This document shows, one piece after another, positions 15,337-22,672 of a stretch of 32,000 nt of DNA (positions are counted from its first letter, which is position 1; each line of letters opens with the position of its first letter). The DNA comes from Candidatus Electrothrix sp. GW3-4 (GTDB lineage Bacteria > Desulfobacterota > Desulfobulbia > Desulfobulbales > Desulfobulbaceae): the NCBI RefSeq assembly GCF_037902255.1, contig NZ_CP147990.1, positions 1,470,001-1,502,000 on the forward strand, in the 5' to 3' direction. The notes under the pieces were generated by a model that ran no database searches, was not told the origin of the DNA, and saw only the letters and a list, made by a program, of their open reading frames with translations. The position numbers and the translations under genes are program-made.

Positions 15337-15936
15337 ATGCCATTGCCTCAGCACGAACCGCAACAGCAGATCAGCGAGCAGGAATACCTGGACGGTGAAC
15401 TCCTCAGTGAGGTGAAGCACGAATTCATTGATGGATCTGTCTACGCAATGGCAGGGGCCAGTGCTGATCATGGCAGAATAGCAGGCAATCTTTTTGCTGC
15501 CTTCCTCCGCCATCTTCAGGAGCGGAAGTCACCATGTGAGCCTTTCCAGGCTGATATGAAGGTGAAAACCGGGAAGAAGTTTTTTTATCCTGATGTACTT
15601 ATCTCCTGTGAGCAGGAAGAAAATGAGTATTACCGCAATGCCCCTTTGCTTATTATCGAGGTGGTCTCGCAGTCAACCCGGAAAAAAGACAACACCATAA
15701 AACGACAGTCCTACCAGGCTCTTCCCAGCCTGGAAGAATTCGTTTTGATTGAGCAGGATTTTGTCGATATTGAGGTCTGTCGGAGGAGCAAGCACTGGTG
15801 GCCTGAGCATTATTATCTCGGCGATGCAGTGCATTTTGCCTCAATTGATCTGACCCTGCCAGTGGAGGATATCTACGCCCGAGTCATGAATGATGATATG
15901 CAGGCGCACAGGAAAAACACAGCAAATTATGAGTAA
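15337..15936 (+). CDS. Uma2 family (DUF820) restriction-endonuclease-fold protein
   Basis: EYLDGE...VKHEFIDGSVYAMAGASADHGRIAGNL...PDVLISC...PLLIIEVVSQSTRKKDNTIKRQSY is the typical Uma2 pattern, with the PD-(D/E)xK-like D...EVxS core. RBS AAGGAG is present. Confidence 0.85.
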   Translation: MPLPQHEPQQQISEQEYLDGELLSEVKHEFIDGSVYAMAGASADHGRIAGNLFAAFLRHLQERKSPCEPFQADMKVKTGKKFFYPDVLISCEQEENEYYRNAPLLIIEVVSQSTRKKDNTIKRQSYQALPSLEEFVLIEQDFVDIEVCRRSKHWWPEHYYLGDAVHFASIDLTLPVEDIYARVMNDDMQAHRKNTANYE

Positions 15937-15955
15937 GAACCCAAAAGGAGGTACA

Positions 15956-17377
15956 ATGCATTATGCCCGGATAATCCTCACCCTAACCCTTGCCTTCCTT
16001 GCCCTGGCAGGCCCTTGGCCCGCAGCAGCCGAGGAAGAATTTGTCACCGCCCTGACCGGCAAGTTTCCCCCCTTCAGTTATTACGACAACCAAGGGAACC
16101 TTGCCGGTTTTGACGTGGACGTCAGCCGGGAAATCGCCCTGCGCATCAACCGTGAATCCCGGATCATCGCCACGGAATGGGACGGCATCCTGGCAGGTCT
16201 GCTGGCAGAGAAATACGACGCCATTATCGGCTCAATGGCCATCACCCCGGCCCGGCAGGAAAGCGTGGATTTTTCCGCGCCCTATTACCATTCAGGTGCC
16301 CAGCTCTTTGTCCACCGCGACAACCCGGACAAGGTCTACTCCATTGAGGAGTGCAAGGGATTAGCCGTTGCCGTGGTCCTGGGTGAGACCTACCAGCATT
16401 ATCTCGAAGAAAGGTTCCCGGATATTGAGGTGGTCACCCTCAAGTCAGCAGCCGAGATCTTTGCCATGCTGGAGCAGAAGCGGATCACTGGCTTTGTCAC
16501 GGATCGGCTGGTCGGGGCCTGGCAGACCAAGGAGGCGGGCCGTCCCTTTGTGCCGGTGGGCGAGATGCTCTATAAGGAGCGCATCGGCATCCCGGTGCGT
16601 AAGGACAGCCCGGAGCTGCTCAGCCAGATCAACACGGCCCTGGCCGAAATGGAGGATGACGGCACCATGCAGCGCATCCACCAGCGTTATTTCGGTCTGG
16701 GCAAGACCTCCTCTTCCACGCTCGGCACCATGGAACCCACGGTGATTGCGACCAAGCTGCTCAAGGGCTTTGCTGTCAGTCTCGGCATCGCCCTTGCTGC
16801 GCTCCTGCTCGGCTTTGCCTTGGCCATTCCCAGCGGCCTGCTGCTGACCTTTCAGCGGGGCAACCTCAAGCCGCTCCATTTTTTGGTGCGGGGCTTTGTT
16901 GATTTTATCCGGGGCACGCCTGTGCTGATCCAGCTCCTCTTTGTCTGGCTGGGTCTGGGCTTGTCGCCTTTTCCGGCCGCCATTCTGACCCTGGGCATCT
17001 GCGCAATGGCTTATATGGCCGAGGTTATCCGGGCAGGCCTGATGAGTGTTGATCCAGGCCAGGATTTAGGCGCACGGGCCTTGGGACTTTCTCCCCTGGA
17101 TCGGTTTCGCTTTGTGGTCTGGCCTCAGGCCTTCCGCATTGCCATCCCGCCCTTGATGAACTGCGTAGTGGCCCTGCTGAAAGACACGGCCCTGGTCTCT
17201 ATTATTTCCATCCCGGAGCTGATTCGCGAGGCCCAGTCCATAATCAGTGTCACCTTTGAACCGGGTCTCTACTACCTGATCGCTGGACTCATGTTCTTTG
17301 CTGTGACCTTCCCGCTGATGAAGCTCTCTGATCGCGTTGAACGCTCCATCAAAGCCAAAGGATTTGCCCATGATTGA
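15956..17377 (+). CDS. amino-acid ABC transporter, fused periplasmic binding protein and permease
   Basis: ATG 15956 follows AAAAGGAGG. Signal peptide MHYARIILTLTLAFLALAGPWPAAA. A type-3 SBP domain (GFDVDV...WDGILAGL..KYDAIIGSMAITPARQE) precedes a His/Glu/Gln/Arg-type permease with EAA-like loop AYMAEVIRAGLMSVDPGQDLGARALG. Confidence 0.9.
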   Translation: MHYARIILTLTLAFLALAGPWPAAAEEEFVTALTGKFPPFSYYDNQGNLAGFDVDVSREIALRINRESRIIATEWDGILAGLLAEKYDAIIGSMAITPARQESVDFSAPYYHSGAQLFVHRDNPDKVYSIEECKGLAVAVVLGETYQHYLEERFPDIEVVTLKSAAEIFAMLEQKRITGFVTDRLVGAWQTKEAGRPFVPVGEMLYKERIGIPVRKDSPELLSQINTALAEMEDDGTMQRIHQRYFGLGKTSSSTLGTMEPTVIATKLLKGFAVSLGIALAALLLGFALAIPSGLLLTFQRGNLKPLHFLVRGFVDFIRGTPVLIQLLFVWLGLGLSPFPAAILTLGICAMAYMAEVIRAGLMSVDPGQDLGARALGLSPLDRFRFVVWPQAFRIAIPPLMNCVVALLKDTALVSIISIPELIREAQSIISVTFEPGLYYLIAGLMFFAVTFPLMKLSDRVERSIKAKGFAHD

Positions 17378-18056
17378 AGTAAAAAATGTTGCCTATACAT
17401 ACGCAGACGGGACCAAGGCGGTTAATGATGTCAGCATGACCTTCCCGGAACAGGGCATCTTTGCCCTCATGGGCCTGTCCGGTTCCGGCAAGACCACCCT
17501 GCTCAACTGCATTGCCCGCTTTCTTTTTCCCCAGCAGGGAGCAATCCTCCTGGATGGGCAGGATGTCCAGGATATGAAAGAAGTCGATTTCCGGCAACAG
17601 GTCGGGGTGGTGTTTCAGCACCTGAACCTTTTTCCCCATCTGAACGTGCTGGAAAATATGATGCTGGCCTTGGAACGGGTCCAGGGCCGCAGCAAAAGAG
17701 AGGCCAAAGCTGAGGCTATGGAGATTCTTGAACGGTTGAATATTGGCGAGTTGGCAGCAAATTATCCTGCTCAGGTCAGTGGAGGTCAAGCCCAGCGGGT
17801 GGCTATTGCCCGGGGCTTGGCTTTGAAGCCCAAGTTCATGCTCCTGGATGAGCCCACCAGTGCCTTAGATGCAGCCACCACCTCTGATTTTGCCCAATGG
17901 CTACGGGAGTTGCAGGCGTTTACCAGCTTTATTATTGTCACCCATGACCTGCCCTTTGCCGAACAGACAGCAGAGCAAGGGGTGTATATGGAAAACGGGC
18001 AGGTACGGGAACAGGGTCGCCTTACAGAGGTACTGCAAAATCTCGACCGCTGCTGA
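17370..18056 (+). CDS. amino-acid ABC transporter ATP-binding protein
   Basis: MIEVKNV start at 17370 overlaps the permease stop. Walker A GLSGSGKTT, Q-loop, signature VSGGQAQRVAIARGL, Walker B FMLLDEPTSALD, H-loop VTHD. Confidence 0.9.
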   Translation: MIEVKNVAYTYADGTKAVNDVSMTFPEQGIFALMGLSGSGKTTLLNCIARFLFPQQGAILLDGQDVQDMKEVDFRQQVGVVFQHLNLFPHLNVLENMMLALERVQGRSKREAKAEAMEILERLNIGELAANYPAQVSGGQAQRVAIARGLALKPKFMLLDEPTSALDAATTSDFAQWLRELQAFTSFIIVTHDLPFAEQTAEQGVYMENGQVREQGRLTEVLQNLDRC

Positions 18057-18167
18057 GTAAAAATAAAACGAGAACAGGTTGACAGGGGGGAGTTCCTGAA
18101 ATATTCTGCTTCCCATCTCATGAGAATTATACACCTTTAAAAAAATAATATATAGACGGAGAATATT

Positions 18168-19898
18168 ATGAGCAAAAAAGTCGTCATTGTCGGTGGAGTC
18201 GCTGCCGGTCCCAAGGCTGCCTGTCATCTGAAAAGGGTTCAGCCGGGTTGGGATGTCACGGTGGTGGATCAGGATAGCATGATATCCTATGGAGGCTGCG
18301 GTATTCCCTATTATGTGGGCGGAGATGTCTCGGACGAGGCAGAGCTGCGCTCCACCAGCTTTCACATGGTCCGTGACGAGCCTTTTTTCGCTGATGCCAA
18401 GGGAGTTGAGGTGCTTACACGGACTAAGGCCCTGGCAATCGACCGCCAGAGCAAGAAGCTCCAGGTCAAGAATCTGGACAGCGGTGAAGAGCAGGAACTC
18501 CCTTATGATAAGCTCATGCTGGCTACCGGGGCAGCCCCCTTTGTTCTCCCCATTCCTGGGGCGGATCTGGACGGGGTGTTCACCATTGCGAACCTGCATA
18601 AGGCCATTGAAATCAAGAAGAGGATCTCTGGCGGTAAGGTGGGTAAGGTCGTGGTTATCGGTGGTGGAGCCATCGGCATTGAGATGGCAGAGTCCTTTGC
18701 CGACCTCTGGGGCCTGGAAACCTGCCTGGTCGAGTTTATGCCTCAGCTCCTGCCCAAGCTGGTAGACGCCGATTTTGCCACTATGCTGGAACGGCATCTT
18801 GAAGAGATGAACGTGGCTGTTTACACCGGCGAAGGCGCCACCGAGATTGTCGGGGATAGCGAGGGCAAGGTCGTGGCCGTGAAAACACCCCAGCGCACCT
18901 TGGAAGCAGATCTGGTGGTGATGGCGGCAGGTGTCCGTCCGCGTAGTGACCTGGCCCAAGAGGCAGGCTTGCTTGTGGAACCTTGGGGTGGTATCACGGT
19001 GAACAATAGGTTGCAGACCTCTGATCCGGATATCTACGCAGCCGGTGACTGTATTGCTGCCAGGAATCTGGTCACAGGAAAGCAGACCTTTGCCCCTATG
19101 GGCTCTCTGGCCAACCGGGAGGGCAGGGTGGCTGCTGATAATATGGCAGGTCTTGCTGCCTCCTTTGAGGGCGTGGTGGGCTCCTTTATCATGAAGGCCT
19201 TTGACCGCTGTATTGCTGCTACCGGTATCACCTATGAGGCTGCCTTGGCAGAGGGCTTTGACGCAGATTATTCGCTGACAGCCCCGGCAGACCGGGCCCA
19301 TTTTTTTCCTAACACGGCAGCGGTTATCCTGCAGCTGGTCTTTGACAAGCAGACCCGGCGAGTCCTGGGCCTGCAGGCCTTTGGCATGATGAATGACTCC
19401 ATCTCTGCCCGGATCGACGCAGCAGCAGTGATGATCAGCAAGGGCGCCACCATCGAGGACTTCATGATGGCGGAGATGGCCTATGCCCCGCCCTTCTCCG
19501 CAGCTATTGACTCCCTGAATGCTGCTGCCTTTGTGGCCGATAATATCTGCGCTGGCCGGATGCGTTCAGTCAGTATGCAACGCTTTTATGCCTGGATGGA
19601 TGATTTCTCCACAGAACCGGATTGGGTGGCCCTGGATATCCGCCATCCCAAGGAGGCAGCGGTCTTTGTCGAGCGATTCGGGGCTGAAAAATGGGTATCA
19701 GTGCCCTATGCTGAGATGCGTCAGCGTTTTGCAGAGGTCCCGGAGGATAAAACCCTGATTATCCTCTGCGATGCCGGAACCCGTTCCTTTGAGGTTCAGG
19801 TCTTCCTTGATCATATCGGCAAGACAAACAGTCTGGTCCTGGGCGGCGGTTTTAATGTTATCCGCAGACTTGGGGCAGACTGGTTGCCGCAAGCATAA
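18168..19898 (+). CDS. FAD-dependent pyridine nucleotide-disulfide oxidoreductase with C-terminal rhodanese domain (CoA-disulfide reductase/NADH oxidase-like)
   Basis: FAD motif VVIVGGVAAG. Redox Cys in SYGGCGIPYY. NAD(P) motif VVVIGGGAIGIE. The C-terminal rhodanese domain has active-site loop ILCDAGTRS. Confidence 0.9.
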   Translation: MSKKVVIVGGVAAGPKAACHLKRVQPGWDVTVVDQDSMISYGGCGIPYYVGGDVSDEAELRSTSFHMVRDEPFFADAKGVEVLTRTKALAIDRQSKKLQVKNLDSGEEQELPYDKLMLATGAAPFVLPIPGADLDGVFTIANLHKAIEIKKRISGGKVGKVVVIGGGAIGIEMAESFADLWGLETCLVEFMPQLLPKLVDADFATMLERHLEEMNVAVYTGEGATEIVGDSEGKVVAVKTPQRTLEADLVVMAAGVRPRSDLAQEAGLLVEPWGGITVNNRLQTSDPDIYAAGDCIAARNLVTGKQTFAPMGSLANREGRVAADNMAGLAASFEGVVGSFIMKAFDRCIAATGITYEAALAEGFDADYSLTAPADRAHFFPNTAAVILQLVFDKQTRRVLGLQAFGMMNDSISARIDAAAVMISKGATIEDFMMAEMAYAPPFSAAIDSLNAAAFVADNICAGRMRSVSMQRFYAWMDDFSTEPDWVALDIRHPKEAAVFVERFGAEKWVSVPYAEMRQRFAEVPEDKTLIILCDAGTRSFEVQVFLDHIGKTNSLVLGGGFNVIRRLGADWLPQA

Positions 19899-19905
19899 TA
19901 TACAT

Positions 19906-19933
19906 GCAGGGCCACAGCGTGCCGTGCCCCTGC
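19906..19933. repeat. imperfect member of the 28-bp palindrome family
   Basis: GCAGGGCCACAGCGTGCCGTGCCCCTGC. The arms GCAGGGCCACAGC and GCAGGGGCACGGC (reverse complement) differ at 2 positions. They are related to GTAGGGACACGGC at 2448 and 2716. It sits between the stop at 19896-19898 and ATG 19949. Confidence 0.5.
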
Positions 19934-19948
19934 AACTCTTTCTCAATC

Positions 19949-20806
19949 ATGTTGAAAAAAATACATATCCTGCTTGAAATGATCAAGTTCAGGCATTCGG
20001 TGTTCGCCTTGCCCTTTGCCCTGATGGGGGCCTTCCTTGCTGCCCGGGGTGTACCCTCGCTCTGGGTTTTTTTCTGGGTGATCATCGCTATGGTCGGTGC
20101 CCGCACAGCAGCCATGACCTTTAACCGCATTGCTGATTATCGTTTTGATGCAGCCAACCCCCGCACGGAAAAGCGGGCCATTCCTGCGGGAGAAGTCTCA
20201 CTCAAGGAATCGTGGCTTATGGTCATTGCGTCATCGGCCCTGTTTTTCCTGGCCTGTTGGATGCTCAACCCCTTGGCCCTGTTCCTTTCTCCTGGTGCCT
20301 TGGCCCTGACTTTTTTTTACTCCCTGACCAAGCGTTTTACCTGGCTCTGCCATCTTATCTTGGGGGTAGCCCTGGCCATTGCGCCCCTGGGTGGCTGGGT
20401 GGCAAGCACAGGCAGCCTGGTCGCCTATCCCTGGGTGTTGTCCCTCGGGGTCCTGTTCTGGGTGACCGGCTTTGATATCATCTATGCCTCCCAGGATGCA
20501 GAGTTTGATCGCAAGGTCGGGCTTTACTCCATGCCAGCTTCCTTAGGTCGGAAAAACGCCTTTTGCCTGGCCGTGTCCTTTCATGCCCTGGCCTTTTTTC
20601 TTTTTACCCTGACTGGTTATCTTCAAGGCTTGAATATCATCTATTACATCGGCATCGCCCTGACAGGAAGCGCCTTATTTTATCAGCATCTCATCGTCAA
20701 TCCCAGGGATCTCTCCCGGATTCAGGTTTCCTTCTTTTCCATGAATGGCTTTATTTCCCTGACCCTCTTTGTCGCGACCTGTATCTCGCTGCTGATGACG
20801 GGGTAA
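19949..20806 (+). CDS. UbiA family polyprenyltransferase (4-hydroxybenzoate polyprenyltransferase/MqnP-like)
   Basis: MLKKIHILLEMIKFRHSVFALPFALMG is a typical N-terminus for the family. Asp-rich motif NRIADYRFD and a second motif YASQDAEFD. About 8 TM helices. I prefer ATG 19949 over track start 19904 because 19906-19933 is an intergenic hairpin. Confidence 0.85.
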   Translation: MLKKIHILLEMIKFRHSVFALPFALMGAFLAARGVPSLWVFFWVIIAMVGARTAAMTFNRIADYRFDAANPRTEKRAIPAGEVSLKESWLMVIASSALFFLACWMLNPLALFLSPGALALTFFYSLTKRFTWLCHLILGVALAIAPLGGWVASTGSLVAYPWVLSLGVLFWVTGFDIIYASQDAEFDRKVGLYSMPASLGRKNAFCLAVSFHALAFFLFTLTGYLQGLNIIYYIGIALTGSALFYQHLIVNPRDLSRIQVSFFSMNGFISLTLFVATCISLLMTG

Positions 20807-20840
20807 AGAAAGAGGGGGTAACCTGTCTGATAAATAAAAA

Positions 20841-20866
20841 TGCCCGCTCCAGATAAGGAGCGGGCA
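20841..20866. terminator. bidirectional rho-independent terminator candidate
   Basis: Perfect 10-bp stem TGCCCGCTCC/GGAGCGGGCA with a 6-nt loop. On the minus strand it is followed by TTTTTATTTA (reverse complement of 20831-20840). On the plus strand a TTTT run lies 8 nt downstream. It sits between convergent genes ending at 20806 and 20924. Confidence 0.55.
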
Positions 20867-20923
20867 GCCTGTGGTTTTATGAGCTTGTTGTACTAAAAAA
20901 AATAATGAGTAATGAGCGCCTTC

Positions 20924-21292
20924 TTACGGACGAAGCATCTGCGCAGTCCTATACTCTGATTTTACCGGGCAGGACTTGCTTTCCGGGAAGGAGTACACCT
21001 CCACGACAAACATCCCGTTTTCTTTCTTTGGCAGGATACGGATACGAACATTGGCGTGCAGTTTATCCGCCCCCAGCTGCGCATCTGCCTTCTGAAGGAT
21101 CTTCGCCCCAGCTGCAAAGGCTTCAGCAGGGGTCTTTCCGTAATCCCGGACGCAGAGCCTGACCGTGCCTGGGCCGCCGACAGTCGTTCGGTCGATCTTC
21201 AGATTTTCCTGGGCCGCAAGTGGGGTTGCACTGAGAAAAAGAGCGGTCAGGGTAACGAGACTTCTGTGTAATAACCTCTTTGTGATTTTCAT
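20924..21292 (-). CDS. hypothetical secreted protein
   Basis: RBS AGGAG lies 7 nt upstream. Signal peptide MKITKRLLHRSLVTLTALFLSATPLAA/QE. No family recognised. Confidence 0.6.
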   Translation of the reverse strand: MKITKRLLHRSLVTLTALFLSATPLAAQENLKIDRTTVGGPGTVRLCVRDYGKTPAEAFAAGAKILQKADAQLGADKLHANVRIRILPKKENGMFVVEVYSFPESKSCPVKSEYRTAQMLRP

Positions 21293-21803
21293 GATTTTTC
21301 TCCTGGTATGTTAAGGAAATAAAAATCAGACAACCCGGCTATCTCTCCATTTTGAGACCCGTGGCTTTCCGACACCGTCTCACAATTTATGGCTTTATTT
21401 AACGCTCTATAGGCTATAATCTCTTCTCCTGTTGCCTCCAACCAGAACGTTTACAGTCTGTTTTTCAGGATTGATAACTTAATTTTTATGTTGCAGAAAG
21501 TATGCCGAAACAGGGAGATGGTTGGATTGTCCTGGTGACCTGAGGTGAGTCGAAAGGTATTTCTGTTTAATAACAGCTTGTTGTAAGGTGCATTGCTATC
21601 TCGTAAAAAATACTCCATAGGCATTGTTATATAAAATTTGAAATATGAAGTTCCTTTTAAAAAAAGTAAATGAGTTGCATATTTTATTAGTTCTATAGTA
21701 TCACTCATGTGATATGTCATAATTTTGTATGAAAATAAAGGTGAAGAAATGAAATAGTTTATCGAGGTGTCTCTGTGTTATTAGATTGGATGTGCTCTTT
21801 ATG

Positions 21804-21820
21804 ATGACAAAAAGTGTCAT
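21804..21820. promoter_or_regulatory. operator-like dyad ATGACA-N5-TGTCAT (copy 1)
   Basis: ATGACAAAAAGTGTCAT has perfect 6-bp arms. It is preceded by TGCTCTTTATGAT, which resembles the context of copy 3. Confidence 0.35.
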
Positions 21821-21835
21821 ATTTTAGTTTGTTAC

Positions 21836-21851
21836 TGACAAAAAATGACAT
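21836..21851. promoter_or_regulatory. related half-degenerate site TGACAAAAAATGACAT (copy 2)
   Basis: One base differs from the TGTCA arm. It lies 16 nt after copy 1. Confidence 0.25.
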
Positions 21852-21976
21852 GTGTAAACCAATGAAACTTAGTCGTTTGGTAATTCGTTAGAGAAAAATA
21901 AAAGGGGGAGAATTGAAAAAAACATTTATGTTTTAAAGTGATTCTTCTTTCTGTCTGTATGTATTTGCTCTGTATA

Positions 21977-21993
21977 ATGACAAAAAATGTCAC
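21977..21993. promoter_or_regulatory. operator-like dyad ATGACA-N5-TGTCAC (copy 3) overlapping a TATAAT box
   Basis: TTGCTCTGTATAATGACAAAAAATGTCAC. TATAAT lies at 21973-21978, immediately 5' of and overlapping the dyad. The site is about 175 nt upstream of the VanZ-like gene. Confidence 0.35.
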
Positions 21994-22167
21994 TGGTGTT
22001 ATATTTTATAATAATTAGAAGGAAAACTTTGGTTATCTGAAGGTGTGTGTTATGGAAATGTTATCTGAAATGATGGCTAAGGCCGGAGTTGTTGCCTTAG
22101 AAGAGCCGTTTGTTGGTAGCTGTAATGTGCAGGCAGTACTGGTCAACGATTTGTCGAATCAACGGCC

Positions 22168-22533
22168 ATGAGGGTGTTTCTCTGTTTTGTCCGAAAAAAT
22201 TGGTGCTTTTGCACAACGATCGTTTGTGCCGCTATTACTTTCCTGTCGCTCTGGCCGAATGAGTATTTACCTTCAGCCCCGGGAGGTGATAAACTCCACC
22301 ATCTTGTGGCTTACGCGGCCCTGGTTTTTCCTGTTGCCCTGCGCAGACCCAGGTGGTGGCTGCTCATCGTGGTCCTCTTCATTACCTACAGCGGTCTTGT
22401 TGAGATAGTACAGCCCTTTGTGCATCGTTATGGGGAGTGGTTGGATATGGCGGCGAATACCGGGGGCTTGATTTGTGGGATTTTGCTTGCAGAGCTGGTG
22501 CGGCGCTGGGAAGTGGTTAAGGAGAGAGAGTAG
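22168..22533 (+). CDS. VanZ-like family membrane protein
   Basis: GGDKLHHLVAYAAL...EIVQPFVHRYGEWLDMAANTGGLICG matches the VanZ pattern DK..H...Y / E..Q....R.....D...N..G. Four hydrophobic helices. Confidence 0.8.
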   Translation: MRVFLCFVRKNWCFCTTIVCAAITFLSLWPNEYLPSAPGGDKLHHLVAYAALVFPVALRRPRWWLLIVVLFITYSGLVEIVQPFVHRYGEWLDMAANTGGLICGILLAELVRRWEVVKERE

Positions 22534-22672
22534 CCTGTTGTAGCAGAGGGCTGAGCAGCTAAGAGACGTAAAGGCCATCCAGCAAGGTGGGGCCAGTGGA
22601 TTTATTAAAAACGTACTCATTTATCAACTGGGCCGTGCAGTCAGCGATGTCCTGAAAAAGGTGTAATCGCAA

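Noticed and set aside
21451-21720. 89-aa minus-strand ORF in the AT-rich gap
   Set aside because: The composition is driven by AT-rich sequence (Phe/Asn/Lys/Ile-rich). There is no RBS and no motifs. It is likely non-coding.
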